Made by a program: the position numbers and the translations under genes. A DNA stretch of 64,000 nt from assembly GCF_009914755.1 (NCBI RefSeq), contig NC_060938.1. One strand, given 5' to 3'. The notes beneath the pieces were generated by a model that saw only the letters and a list, made by a program, of their open reading frames with translations, was not told where the DNA came from and ran no database searches. This document shows positions 26,669-40,917 of this stretch, piece after piece (within the stretch, counting starts at the first letter, position 1; each line of letters starts with the position of its first letter). The stretch is from the human T2T-CHM13v2.0 reference genome, Homo sapiens.

Positions 26669-27017
26669 CAAAATTAGCTAGATGTAGTGAGGCCTCTTCC
26701 ACCAAACCACAGCTGAAGGGTTTTGGAGAAAGCCTCATTCTGCAAGGAGGTCTAGATCTTTATTAGGCCTGGCCATTGGCGGGGCTTGAACCTCAGAGCC
26801 CACCACTCCTAGCACCTCTTCCCCTCTCTTCTGCTGTGCTTCAAATGGACCCAGAGATGAATTAAGTCAGAGAAATTCCCAAGTCTCCTTTCTATCCACA
26901 TCCAGGTTAACATTGCTGGAAAGTGTTTTGCCTACTGAGGACTTCTCCTTCCCAATATGATTCTTGGTATGTGCTCACATTGACTTCGTATTGAGGGCAC
27001 TGCATTTTATTCAATGC

Positions 27018-27260
27018 GACAGCATAGCACAGTGGGTACATGCATAGGCTGCAGAGTCTGACTACATTTGTTCAAATCCAGCTTGAACCACTTCTCAGTT
27101 GCATGGCATCAAATGTGTTGTTCGACCTTGTGAAGGCTCAGCTTCCTTGTCTGGAAAATAAAAACACAGTAACAATGCAACCTCATAGGATTTTAGGAAA
27201 ATCAGAGATAGTTCAGGGAATGTTCCTCGCATAATGAATGTTCATTGTGTATGATTTGTT
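27018..27260 (+). mobile_element. MIR
   Basis: 'cagcatagcacagtgg...gttcaaatccagct...gctcagcttccttgtctggaaaat...cctcataggatt'. Confidence 0.7.
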
Positions 27261-27287
27261 AGTTTGTTTGAATCATGATCATTGCTG

Positions 27288-27445
27288 GGACTCCAGGCCT
27301 CAGCAGGTCGACATCCAGCCCTGTGAGCCCTGAGCAGAGGACCCCGCCATACCATGTGGGATTTCTGGCCTACCGAACACTGAGCTAATAAATGGGTGTT
27401 GTTTTGTGTTGCTACGTTTGTGGTGACTTGAGGGAGCTCTAGCAA
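27288..27445 (+). mobile_element. MaLR LTR 3' fragment (MLT1E/F-like)
   Basis: 'ccctgagcagaggaccc...ctgagctaataaatgggtgttgtttt...tttgtggtgactt'. Confidence 0.65.
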
Positions 27446-28426
27446 TCTGGAGTTGGAGATAGTCGAGGCCTTGGATGGGGGAGGCAGGGATGGGTCAGGG
27501 GAGGTGAACACATTTTTTTGCTTTTGGTTACAAGATTGCAAAGACAGCCCCAGAGATAGAGATAAGGGTGGAGACCACTGAAGGAGGCCAGCTCTCAGGG
27601 GGAGAGGCATAAGGTTAGAGGTGTAGCAAACACCCCACGGGGAGATTCTCTAATCAACACAAGCTCAGGGGGAACCCCAGAATGATTGTATTAATTAGGC
27701 TACCCCTCATGATTGGCAATTAAGTCTTGGAGAAGGAGCAGAACTAACATTTACTGTGTTCATCCTGCTTGACAAAGGGATGTGTGTGTATTTACGTGCA
27801 CATGTGTGTACACATGTTGGGGGAAGAGGTTGAAAGGGAGAGGGATGTATTAACCTTCTGTACTTATGGAAAATAAATGAATAATAGAAATTCTAACCTC
27901 ATGTCTATATTGGTTTCTCATCTTGCTTCCTAGAAATTATTTATCTTTGGACTTAACTTTTCCATCTGCAACATGGAATACATGAATGTTAGTTTCCAAG
28001 AGGTAGATCAAACATCATTGGTCAAGAACACAATGTGAAGAAAACCTCCAGCAGACCCAAGACACAGAGCCAGAGAGGTTCAAGGGTTCCAACTGCATTG
28101 ATTTCCACCTCCTCATTTTTCCCAGAGGTGGGGCTGTTACTGACTCCACTTCAATTCTATCAAATTCCCATTCAAGGCTCAATTATCCAAATATACAGAA
28201 TACACAGAATCAAAATCCACTCACATCTGGCCAGCTGCATTTGCTCATGTAGAATGATCATGGCTGTTAAAACATGACTTTGCGAAGACACCTCTGTTTG
28301 CTGCATTACCTGTTTTCATCACTAACTGAAGAATGGGAGGTGGGTTTCACCAAAGTTATGGGGATGAGCAAAACGGGCAGTGGGGAAGGGATACTAGAGC
28401 AAAGTCTGAAGTTAAATATTTTTTCA

Positions 28427-28866
<440 letters not shown>

Positions 28867-30249
28867 TCAAGAAAGGTATTTTGCTGGCTGGAATTAGCAG
28901 TGGGGTGCCACGAAAGTTACTGTTCAGGAAACAGATCAGAGAAGAATGTTCAGTGGAGGAATTAGAATTGGTGTCCCTCCAGTGAGGCAGCCCTCCATGG
29001 GGGCTCCACCCCAGCAAATATCAAAGAGGAGCTTGTCCGTCTCATTCTTACTTCCAGAACAATGTCAACACTTTCTGCATACTGCCCTAGGCCCAGCCCT
29101 GGGCCAGAACAGAAGATGAAGAAGGGAACAGGGACAGGCCTCTGTCCTCACAATTGCCACACTTTAGTAGATTTGGGAGCTGTGCCCATTTGCAGTTCCA
29201 GCTAAAGACTTGAGCCTTGTAGCCCACAGTATCCTGGGTGCCCCTGACAGCCATGCCTGTGAAGTTATGTGAGTTAATTCGTGAAAACTTTTTGAATCAG
29301 TATTTGGTACATAGTAACCTCTAAAACCTGGTATTAACATTGTTATTCTCCTTATCATTATGATTTCCTACCAACACACTCTACGCCTATCTCTGAGATT
29401 TGTGTGAACCATCAACTAGCTCCCGAGGCCATCTAGCCAGCCAGCCCAGTGGCCTAATCACTCTGAAGAAGGGGCCGCTGGAGATCACAATGCACTTCAG
29501 AGCATGTAAGGTTCTGATAAGCCCTGATACACAGAACACTGTCTCAGCCACTGTGGTCCACACCTGCTTGACTTGACTATATATATGGTGACTTTTGGTC
29601 TCGAACAGAAATAGAGGTTCACATGTCTGAAAATTTTATTTCTCCTTATTCAATGAGCCTTTTCCTGAACTCTGCGTGCATTAAAAAAAAATCTCTCATT
29701 TGTCCTTTTATGGGGGACCAGGGGAACAGGATGGCTCATTTCATTAGCAAAATCAACAATTATAGGGACCCTCTGGACAGCTTTTTGGATCTTGTAAACA
29801 CTTTTGTACATGCTCACAACAATCACATGAGGTTGACGTTGATAGTCCCACTTGCTGTTGGTGGAATTGTGGCTCAGAGAGGCTGTGTGCCCTACTTAAA
29901 GTCACAGAGCTAGAAAGTGACTGGAAGGTGCCTACATTTATGTTGTCTAAATTCACAACCCAAGCTGTTTCAAATATTTCAAAGTGCTTCTAAAATTAGA
30001 AATTCCAGGTGACTTACAAATTGTGAGTTGGGGTATTTATATATGTGGAGGTGAAAACAAATCCCTGTCGATGTGACGTGGAATTGAAATCAACCATAAC
30101 TTGGCTCAGAGATGGGGCTCTGTGCAGGTGGTAATCCAAGCTGTCCTCGAAGGTGAGAGCTGTTACTACCATTCCCGATGTTAACAGTGGCCTGAGCTTA
30201 TACACTAGAAGAGTCTCCATCAGAAAGAGAAGAAGATGTTGGAAGCTTC

Positions 30250-30580
30250 AGCAGATGGGCTGTTTGCCTCTCACTGAAAAGAACAGCATCGTATCAGGGT
30301 CTGCTGGGGTTTTACAAAGCCCAGATAGAGACAAGAGTTGCCGCACAACCCATAGGAGAAAAATTAAGCAAACTAAAACCTTTCTTGGAGAGCAGAGCTT
30401 CCATATAAAGATTGCCACTTGGTTGCTTGCTGGCATCTCTCCGCGATGGCAGATTTTCACCTGAAACCACCAGAGCCCGCCCCACCCCTTATCTCTGCGC
30501 TGGCCCTGGTGGAGACTCCAAAGGACAAAAGGCACACCGTCATGGTGCTTCCAGCCCACAGCCCCCTAAAAATAACTTCT
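30250..30580. promoter_or_regulatory. Candidate muscle/cardiac-type enhancer (motif cluster)
   Basis: CTAAAAATAA (MEF2) 30566-30575, CTTATCT (GATA) 30488-30494, GC/CACCC box 30476-30488, CArG-like CCATATAAAG 30401-30410, E-box 30252-30257. Confidence 0.35.
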
Positions 30581-31134
30581 CATTCTTTGAGTCTTGGGAA
30601 GAAGAAGAAAAACACCTGGTTTGTGTGAGACATTCAGGTTGCGTTGTTCTTTGTGGTTGTGTTGTTGTTTTTTTCCTTGCTGAAAGGAGAAAGTTAACAT
30701 TTGTTCCTCAAAACAAGTCTCTTCTCCATCTGGAATCAGTGGGGGCGGCCCTCAGCGGATCACCCCTGAGGACTGGCTGATGTTTATAAGATCTTAATCC
30801 TGGGGGGAACGGGCTGGCTTAGGAGGCTGGTAATGGGATAAGAAACCTCTCCTCTCCAGGGCACCAGCTGGAACCCAGCCCAGGCTCTTAATGACGGGAA
30901 GTCTCCAGCTAGCGGATTGGGAGGCTCACTGTGAAATGAGCTGGCGGGCTGAGGCCAAGGTGGCTCCAGCTCCACCTCCCCCACCCCATTCCCTTTCAGG
31001 TTCAATGTCAAGGATTTCCACGTTATGTCGAGGAGGCCCTGGGCCTCAGGGTTGAGCCAGCCATTACAGGGCTGGTGTGGTTGAAAGGCAGGAAAAATGG
31101 GAATGAGTTTCTTTACCGTTACAAGGGAACACAT

Positions 31135-31350
31135 GTTGTTTGAGCACCTACTGTGTGCGCCTGGCATTGTGCTAGAACAAAGAACATATTATTTCATTTC
31201 ACCTTCACAGCAGCTCTGTAGCTGCTAATGTTGTCCTCACTGAGACAGATGAGGAAGCTGAGGAAAAGAGAGGTTGAGTAATGTGCCCAGGTTGCACAGG
31301 TAATAGGCCTTTGATTCCGATTCAAGGACCTGTAGTCTTTCCACTGCTGA
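31135..31350 (-). mobile_element. MIR
   Basis: 'tttgagcacctactgtgtgcgcctggcattgtgcta...acagatgaggaagctgagg...tgcccaggttgcacag'. Confidence 0.8.
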
Positions 31351-31412
31351 CAGATAATACTGAGCTCCCTCCAATGTGGAATGGTCCAGCCTGGAAGCTT
31401 CCTACCCATGGT

Positions 31413-31414
<2 letters not shown>

Positions 31415-31453
<39 letters not shown>
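31415..31453. repeat. (CA)n microsatellite
   Basis: Directly visible. Confidence 0.97.
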
Positions 31454-31454
<1 letters not shown>

Positions 31455-31534
31455 CCTTCATCAACAGCAGCACTCAAATCATGCCATAAAAATTTCTCAC
31501 AAGTCACAGAATCATTTTATGTTTATAGCTTATA

Positions 31535-31765
31535 GCAAAGATTAGCAATTTTTCTTTTCTGTAAACAGACGGAAGCTTGTAAGTAGTTTCTTAGTTTCTG
31601 CTTTGCTGGCCATTTGATCTCTGTCTTGACTACATACCTTTGTCAGTGGCAGGAAAGCAGCTCTAGATAATACATGAGCCTGGCTATGTTCCAGAAACCT
31701 TTACTTAAAAACACATGTGATGATGGGTTGGACTTGGCCCATAGGCCATCATTTGCCAATGCCTG
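31535..31765. mobile_element. MER58A-like MITE
   Basis: 'tttctgtaaa', 'ggaaagcagctctagataatac', 'ggctatgttccagaaacctttactt', 'ttggcccataggccatcatttgccaatgcctg'. Confidence 0.75.
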
Positions 31766-32493
31766 ACTTAGAAGAATTATTCCTGCATTTAAATAAATCA
31801 GGAAAAGGCTTCTTGGAGGAGGTGCCGTTTAAGGTAGGCCTCAATGAACAGGTGGAATTTGGAATATGAAACTGAGGAAAGGGGTAGATATTATGAAAAA
31901 GAGACCAGAGTGAAAGAAGGCATGAGGCAGGAGAGTACAGAGTGAATCTAGAGATGTAGAATGACTCAGTGTGGGAAGAGAACCACATGGGGCAAAAAGC
32001 AGAGGAGACACCACTCAAGAGGAAGGACCAGGCTGGCTGAAGAAGTGCCTGAATGCCTGCTGGGGAAACACAACCCGATGGTCTATGATCCCCACCGCTC
32101 TTGCAAACATTCCAAATCCTTTGTCTGAAAAAATGTTAGAACATGAGTCTCCGATGGTTTAAATTTGGTGTAAAAATGGGAAAAAAATAATGTTATGGAA
32201 GCACAGGGAAATATGTGCTTGTGGAACCAGATGGAATGTAAAGCTGAGGAGGGAGGTCCAGTGGAGAGAAATGCATAGAGCAGAAGGCTGAAAAATATGC
32301 AGAGTTGAGGATCAACTGACCTTGGTGAAAAACTTACCACTAGCTGTGTGGTTACTTAGCCTCTCTGAATTTGAGCTTTTTCCTGGAACATTGGGCCAAT
32401 GATGTGCACCACACAATGATCTGCACGTGTGATGCAGATGACAGGAGATGGCACATATGACACATGTAACCCATGTTGGGGACATATGAGAAT

Positions 32494-33389
32494 TTTATTA
32501 GACAGGGTCCTCTAGAGGGACTGAACTAATAGGATATATGTATATACAAAAGAGAGTTTATTAAAGAGAATTGACTCACAGGATCACAAGGTGAAGTCCC
32601 ACTACAGGTCATCTGCAAGTTGAGGGTCAAGGAAGCCAGTAGTAGCTCAATTCAAGTCCCCAAACCTCAAAAGTAGGGAAGCCGACAGTGCAGACTTCAG
32701 TCTGTGGCCAACGCCAAAGACCCAAGAGGAGTCCCTGGCAAACCACTGGTCTAGGTCCAAGAGTCCAAAAGCTGAAGAACTTGCAATCTGATGTTCGGGG
32801 ACAGGAAGTATCCATCATAGGAGAAAGATGAAGGCTGGAAGACTCAGGAGGTGATCTAAGTCATCTTCTCCCATTTCTCCTGCCTGTTTTTACTTTATTT
32901 TTATTATTTATTTATTTATTTGAGACGGAGTCTTGCTCTGTCACCCAAGCTGTAGTGCAATGGCACTAACTCGGCTCACTGCAAGCTCCATCTCCAGGGT
33001 TCAAGCAATTCTCCCACCTCAGCCTCCTGAGTAGCTTGGATTACAGGCACCCACCATTATGCCTGGCTAACTTTTGTATTTTTGTAGAGATGAGGCTTCA
33101 CCATGTTAGCCAAGCTGGTCTTGAACTCCTGACCTCCCGAAGTCCTGGGATTACAGGCATGAGCCACTGCGCCCAACCATGCCTGCTTTTACTAGCCACA
33201 CTAGCAGCCGACTGGATGGTGCTACCCATGTTGTGGGTGGGTCTTCCTGAGGGTGGGTCTTCTTCTCCCAGGCCACTGACTCAAATGTTCACCTCTTTTG
33301 GCAACACCCAGAAATACCCAGATATGCCCAGAAATAATACTTTGCATACTTCAATCCAATCAAGTTGACACTTAATATTAACCATCACA
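32494..33389 (-). mobile_element. Solo ERVL LTR MLT2A/B, interrupted by an Alu
   Basis: Ends 'tattagacagggtcctctagagg' and 'caatccaatcaagttgacacttaatattaaccatcaca' match MLT2 termini. Confidence 0.9.
32895..33178 (-). mobile_element. AluS with ~24-bp left-arm deletion
   Basis: 14-bp TSD tgcctg(t/c)ttttact at 32881-32894 and 33180-33193. Confidence 0.95.
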
Positions 33390-33481
33390 AAGACTATTTA
33401 AAAGGGCAGGAAGACTTTTTCTTGCCAAAGTCTGAGAAGTGTGCTTCTTGTACAACAGGTGCTTTGGAATAGCTCTCCTGA

Positions 33482-33863
<382 letters not shown>

Positions 33864-34956
33864 GGCATGAGGGTCTTTTGATTTTACCTGGTAAACCAGC
33901 AGGAAAACTGGCTGTGTGTGTCCACATCACTTACTTGCTACACACTAGCCCTGTCTTGAACATCTCGGGCTCTGCTCTTCCTCTCTGCCTTTGCATGAAC
34001 TTTTCCCAGTGTAAGGAGAAACTTTTTCTTTCTTCCTCTCTTTGCAATCTTCCAAGGCCCAGGACAAAGTCTGCCTTCCTGGTGAAAAGTCTACTGGGCC
34101 TCATTCTGTCTACATGTAACCTTTGATAAACTCCAAGTCTCTTAAAAGCAGGTTTTGTTACCTTTGTGACAATAGCCACCAACTTCATACTTCAAGTATA
34201 TTTGGTACAAATAATTGCACAGATCAGAGAACAAACAAAAGTGAAGAAAAAGTAGCCACTTTTTCTTCATTGCCTTGTATGTAGTGCATCTTGCTAAGGG
34301 TTTTATGATATTGCCTACTATTTACAACACCTGGCTTAGTAGGGATCATTTTCCTCATCAACAAGGCAGGAAGCTGAAGCTCAAGGTGACAGAGCATCAT
34401 GAATTTTGCCCTTACATTTGCCATCTTTGGAACTGTAAGTCTTTAAGCAGACCGCCTTCTTTTACAGCACTTGGGTATAAAAACACACAAATACACATGC
34501 TCATTGGCACTGTTCCTGGTACAGAGCTGTGCCCAGTTGGAGGGGCCATTTTGAGCAGTGTCCTTGGAGTTCATTGTGTCAACCCTGACACATCAGGCTC
34601 TTTAAATGCACATAAGGGCTAATAGACCTGGCAGAACTGAATTTCTCTTGCACTTGAGAATTCATATTCCCTGACAATAAAGGATCTAGAAATGGAGACA
34701 TCTTCCAAATGCACATGTTTGAATGTGATGGGAACAATAGTGTCATCCTTGAACCAAGGGGAAGGCACGGTGTTTGCTGGGAGTGTGTGGTTTTTATCCT
34801 GCATTCAAATCATCATGCAGCAGCTCTTCGCACAAGGAGTAAGACGTTGTTCACTGTGCATTCTGTTCAGCTGTGCAATGAAGAGGAGAGAGAGAGGTGC
34901 TGGGCTTGGTGGTTGCAGCTGTGTGGGGAGCCACTGAGTCTCTGTGATGAGATATT

Positions 34957-35459
34957 GCAATAGGCAGAATCAAGGCACCCTAAAGATGCCCCACGTTAGT
35001 CCCCAGGACCCATGAATATGTCCCCTTATGTGGATAAAGGGACTGTGCAGATGTAATAAAGTTAAAAACCTTGAAATGGGAAGATGATCCTAGTACACCT
35101 GGGAGGACACTAAATATAGTCACAAGGGTCCTTGAAATCCACGAACCATTCCTGGCTGAGTTCAGAGTCAGAGGGAGAGAGGACCATGAAGAAGGGTCAG
35201 AGAGAAATGATGTTGCTGACTTTGAAGAAAGAGGAAGGGGTCCGTGAGCCAAGGGATGTGGGAGGCATCTGTGACCTTAAAAAGGGGACACATTTTTCCA
35301 CCTAGAGCTTCCAGAAAGGAATGCAACCTGCTGGCATCTTGATGTGAGTCCAGTGAGACCCATGTCTGATGTCTGTCCTACAGAGCTGAAAGAAAATAAA
35401 TTTGTATTGCTTTAAGCAACCCAGTTGGTGATAATTTATTACAAGAGAAGACTCATACA
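34957..35459 (+). mobile_element. Solo MaLR LTR MLT1D-like
   Basis: 'aggcagaat...cctaaagatg...gcagatgtaataaagtt...ctagagcttccagaaaggaatgca...aataaatttgtattgctttaagc...ataca'. Confidence 0.85.
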
Positions 35460-35724
35460 AACATTTCTTCTGAGGCTTATCCTGCAAACAAACCAACACA
35501 CACATAAACCAACACACACATAAAACAGTACAAGGCCTACATTAGCCGTGGTCACCTACTGCCATATGGGATGTGGCCCACAATGCCCTTGACCTAGACA
35601 GAAACTTTCCAGAAGGGAGCAGTGAAAAGAGGCCACCCAGGGGAAGAGACGTGAGCTGACCCTTTGTGGTTGGGTCTAGGGAACACCTATCCCTATTATG
35701 CCACAGGTTTAACGTGCCAGCACT

Positions 35725-35970
35725 GGATTGCAAAAGGCAGTATGGGATAAGGAAACACTCATGGAACTTATAGTCAGACAAGCCTGGGGTAAAGTTCTGC
35801 TTTATCCACTCACTACCTGCATGGTCTCCTACAATCTTGCTCAGCTTAATTTGGGAATAACAGTATATAACTTCCGGTTGGTTTGAGAATTTCACAAGAT
35901 AAGTAATCTATATATCTATGACCTAACCGTTGCCACTAGAACCTAGTAGATGTTCAATAAATTATATTAT
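35725..35970 (+). mobile_element. MIR
   Basis: 'aggcagtatggg...agtcagacaagcctggg...ccactcactacctgc' and 3' 'tagtagatgttcaataaat'. Confidence 0.6.
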
Positions 35971-36099
35971 TTTTATTATTTTACCATTTCCCCTTAGATC
36001 ATGGCTTCATTTTTTTGCAAGTATGGAAAACAAGCCATTTAAGTACCTCTTATAAGTTTCAAGTGACAATTAGCAAGGCTTTCAAACCACAATATTTCC

Positions 36100-36372
36100 T
36101 TTTAGGAATTTTTAAAATATTTATTAAAATAACAGATGAATACAATTTTAAAACCAAATGATAATACAATGATTAGGACATGAAATGAGAGTTTCCCCTT
36201 TAACCCAACCCATCTTCCAGATTCCTGCTTTGCAGAGGTAAGAGTATTAGCTAGTTTTTATAATACTTCCAATTTTCTAAACAATATCCTTACAAGACTG
36301 ACATTTATTGATTTTGTTTTTAAAATATTATTTACTTCATGCTATGAGAGATGCTGATCTAACTCTCTTAAA

Positions 36373-36404
<32 letters not shown>

Positions 36405-38340
36405 CCCTCCCATGTAGTTTTAATTTAAATTTTTGATAAGTCAGAAGTGTTTGGGTAAGTTGAATATTGAATCACATAGTATACTGAGCCTCATAATACA
36501 CTACAATTACACATTCTTGATGGTGAAGCTATTTCCCCTGGAGTAAATAACTATTTAGTATTCTTATTTGGTGTTTAATTTTATAGATAGTTATTACTTA
36601 TCCAGTTTTTACCTTTAAAACTACTATAAGACAACTCACAATATAGACAAACACTGGTAATTTACTACTGCTGTTTTTTTTTTTTTTTTTTTTTTTTTTT
36701 CCTGAAATACCCATTCTTGATTCCTCTGCCCTGCTCCAATTGGACTGACTGTTTCCTAGGGTGGCTGCTTAAATTTAAGCTTGGACTTCTTTTTACTCTC
36801 ATCTTGGGATTTCTTTTTTCCCCTTTTCTTTGTTTCCTTCCCCTCTCATTAATTCTGTGTATTCTTTATTACTGGCCCAATACCTTATTATATCAGAGAA
36901 TATATTCTAGAATCTTCCTAAGAAGGCAATACATACTTTGATTGCTTATGATTTTTAAAATATCTTTATTTTATCTTTACCTTGATTAGAGTTTCGATGG
37001 GGTATAATTTAAGGTTGAAAGTCATTCTCTCTCACAATAAGAAAAGCATTGTTTGCTTTCTAATTTCCAGTGTCAGTCATTAGAAATCCAGTGGCCTACA
37101 GTTTTCTTATCATTTGAATATTTACTTTTGTTCTGTAAGTGTATATGATGTTGTGTTTATTCCAAAGCCCCATGCTGATGTGCCTTGATGTGGATGGTTT
37201 CATATTAACTCTGCTGGTCACTTGGGGAAGATGAAATATGTTTCAAATGAAAACCTGTGTGTTTCATTTCTAAGAAATTTTCTTGCATTATGTCTTGAAA
37301 TTTTTTCTCTTTTTTTTTCCCCCTCTGTTCTCTTTTCCTGGAACTGATATGGGTCAAACATTTGGTTTGTTAGATTTATCCATTGATTTTTATTACCCCA
37401 TTTTCTATATTCTTGACTTTTTTGTTCATTTTCCAAGGAGATTTTCCTAACTTCATCTCTTAATTCTCCTATTATAATTTTTTTTCTGTTTTACTTGTTA
37501 GAAACCAAGAGTTATTTATTGAACTCTGAATATTCTTTTATTGCACTCTAACATTTCTTGAATGTAATATTCTTTCTTATTTCCCTAAGGATAGGGAAAT
37601 AATTATAATTATTTGCAGTTTTCTTCTGGCCAGTACAGTCTCTATCTCCCTTAATTTTGTTTGTTTGTTTGTTTTAGCGACTATTTTATGCTCGGAGCTT
37701 TATTAAATGTCTGAAGATACTTGGTGTCAATTCTTATTAGGGAGTGAGGAAGTAAATATCTAAATAGAATTTTGTTCACGGGTGGGGCTTATCTACTGCT
37801 GAGCCTCATGGTTTCTTAAATGGAAGACCCTGAAGTATCAGTGCCTGTAGTCTTCTCTTCTGGTCTAGTCAGTTTCTCCCAAGAGGATGCCTAGATGCTA
37901 TGTGTGATGCCAGCGTGCTGGGAGTCCAGCAGCCGAGCAGGGCTGGAGGTCAATGTCCAGTGCCCCAGAAAGGCAGCTAACCACCCTAATTTCTTTCTAC
38001 AGCATGACCTCTGGTTTCGCTGGGCCTGGTTTCTCTAAGTGAGAGACACTTTGATAGTAACCCTGCATAAGGGGGGATTCTCTAGAGGTTTGAATATCCC
38101 TTACACAGAATTTAAGCCAGGCCTCCTATTTTCCATTCCATCTTGCACCCTGGTTCTCAGAAATACCAGGTACCTCCAATTTTTGAGCCTTCTCCAGGTT
38201 CTTTGGCACCAATCCTCTTGCTTCTTACTAGAGACGTCTATAGATCATTAGACTGAAGCTTTTTAGCAAAGCTACTTCAATTACCATTTGTCAATTCATT
38301 TTTCATCTTCCATAGCTTTGTGGTCATCTCTCACCTGGTG
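36100..38340 (-). mobile_element. Ancient L1ME/HAL1-like element
   Basis: T-rich antisense L1 character; 37218-37436 minus translation loosely resembles a decayed L1 ORF1p segment; contains (CA)n at ~36380 and a long poly(T) at ~36675-36700. Confidence 0.55.
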
Positions 38341-38344
38341 TTGT

Positions 38345-38822
38345 TTTCTCTGCTTCCAAAGAGCTTATGTTCTAGCAGGGAAGGCATATGCAAGCAAATA
38401 AAGTGCAGAATCATAGGAGTTCACTAATAAAATTGTGAGTAAAGTGAATTACCATTAAAATAAAAGGTAATTAACATTCTTTATAGGGGTCAAGGGTGGC
38501 TTCCAGGAGAATACAGTTTCTATTAGGTTTTGAAGAGTAAACAGAAGTTTTCCAGATGGATAAATAGAGGAAGAACATCTAAGAGTGATGGCTAGCTTGG
38601 GAAAAAAACAAAACAGCAGAAGAATCTGGTTGAATAACTAGAAGTAGGAAGGTATGACGTGAACAGGGGGACAGGGGGAGACCTGGAGCCATGATGGGGC
38701 CAGCACATGAGGGCTGGTTTGCCATGCTGAGAGGCTGATCTTTTTTGGAGGTTGAAGGCAGCCATGAGAGGTTTTAGAGTAGGGGAATCATATAGTCATG
38801 GCTACATTTTAGAATGACCATT
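38345..38822 (-). mobile_element. L2 fragment
   Basis: 'gagcttatgttctagcagggaagg', 'ggcttccaggagaa', 'gaaggcagccatgagaggttttagagtagggga...cattttagaa'. Confidence 0.65.
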
Positions 38823-40917
38823 TGTCTAGTGAACATGATATAATGAATGTTCGTATCTTGGGGTATCATCCATGTAGTAGGGAGTTGTGGCACACAATGC
38901 AGACTGATATTTTAGGAAAAATCAAATAAACATCTCTGTAAATGCTTGGCCACAAAAAAAAAAAAAAATCACTGAGGTTATTTTTTAAAGATCTCCAATT
39001 TTTGAGGTTCCCGAGAGACTTAGAGAATTCATTCTGAGACATACAACCTAGTGACTTTATTTTTGACTTATTTTTTTTCCAAGAAAAGACTCCATTCTCA
39101 AAAGTTTAGTTTAGGGTACATGTATCATAATCAGCAGGCATGGCATCAAACCTTCTCAAGAGTCTGAAAACACTAGTCATATTTCCTTGGCATCAATCTA
39201 CTGCAAAGAGGAGGAGACAGGGCATTGAGGTCCTAATATGTGCCAGCATGCACATCAGGCAACATGCTTGTATTTTTTATTTTCTGGTCCTTTCAACCAC
39301 CTGTGGTGAATCTTCTCAACCCCACTAAACAGATGAGGAGGCCAAGGTTTGCAAGGTGAGCTTGCCTGTTTGGGTTCCATGACTGTCCAGTGGCCAAAGC
39401 AAATGGCAGAGAAATGTCTAGCTGCTTCTCTCCCACACCTTCTCACTATTCTATGCTCTGCCCTTGTTATTACAGCAGATTTCCTGAAGATGCATTTGCT
39501 GCTTGGCTATGTCAACACTTGGAGCTAGGAACCCTACTTAACGTCACCATTTGACAGCTGAGCAGCTGAGGAAAGCTTCATTCACAAGGAGATATTATGA
39601 CTTGATTAAGATCCCACCATTCAACTATAATAGAACTGGAATTTGAACCCAGAAAACCAGGCCTAGAAAGTGCATGTTTGCCCACTGGACTAGGCACCAT
39701 CTTCTCTCTTTCTTCCTTAAAAGTCTGTGAGGGCATGTCATCACTTCAAGAGTCAAGTTCAAGCTGCCTAGTAAGTGCACAGAGCATTTCATCTCTGGCC
39801 CCTGCTTATTCTGTCTCCCTTTCCTACATACTGCAAACCTGGCACCTTGCTTGCAAATCCAGAAATCTCGCACACTCTATTTTTTTATAAACTTTGCTTA
39901 TGCTGGGGCCCTTAGAGCACCCTGCTCACCCTCACCTTCCAAACTGCCTGGGCATCAGCAATTGATTGTTCCACACAGAAAGAAAGTCAGCTCCTCTAGG
40001 AAACCCACTGCAGCCCTTCTACCCTCCACAGGCCCCACCCAAGACAAAATACAGGCTCTCATGGGACCCTGCAGGGACCTAATGTGTGCCTTTTCTGACC
40101 TGAACATGCCCTTTCATAGTCTCTCTTTGATGACCATGTATCATCCTGTGTTAGAAGGCCAAGGACTGTCTGATCAACCTCTATTTTTACCACTCCCAAC
40201 ACAGACTTTGGCATTTAGAAAGTACTTTAACATATTTGTAGACAGAAAGAAAGAGAGAAGAAAGAGGAAAGGCAAGAAGAAAAACAAAAAAACAAAACAA
40301 AACAAAAACATAAAACAAAAACATGAGCTGCAGTTGTCTGACTAATCTAAGCCCTTTTTATATTCATGTTAACAGACATATAAATACTGGGAATTCTCAC
40401 TGCCAAACTCAAGTTTGCAAAGCTTTAGTCTTTCATAAAATTACGTCATTTAAGAGGAAATCACCATACTTTTTAAAAGACAAGCCAGACCAAATACTGA
40501 GAAGTGTATAACAGGAGAAAAAAATAATAAAATTCAGAAAGCAATGGCCACAAATGTAATATTCACCCTCATACACACACATGCACACCGAAAAAGAGTC
40601 TGCTTTTGCTGGATCTGTGGCGGCTGAAGTCATTACAATCATTTCTAAATCTACGTTGACCAGAGTGGTAAAGTTTGTAAGATTAACCATTCTAATTGGT
40701 CTGTTATATGAATTCTAAAAATAAGATAATAGTAATTTATATCAAGTGGAAAACAAAACATAGGTAGGAATACTCTTTTACCTTCTATTATTTAGACTAA
40801 TAAATCAAAAAAAAAGAAAAAGAAAAGAAAGTAAACCTCTCAAGTGGTTGAACCAGTTTATTGTGGTCTGTTAAGAGAAACATTTTCATTCTCCTCGGTG
40901 TCAAAAAAGGAAGACCT

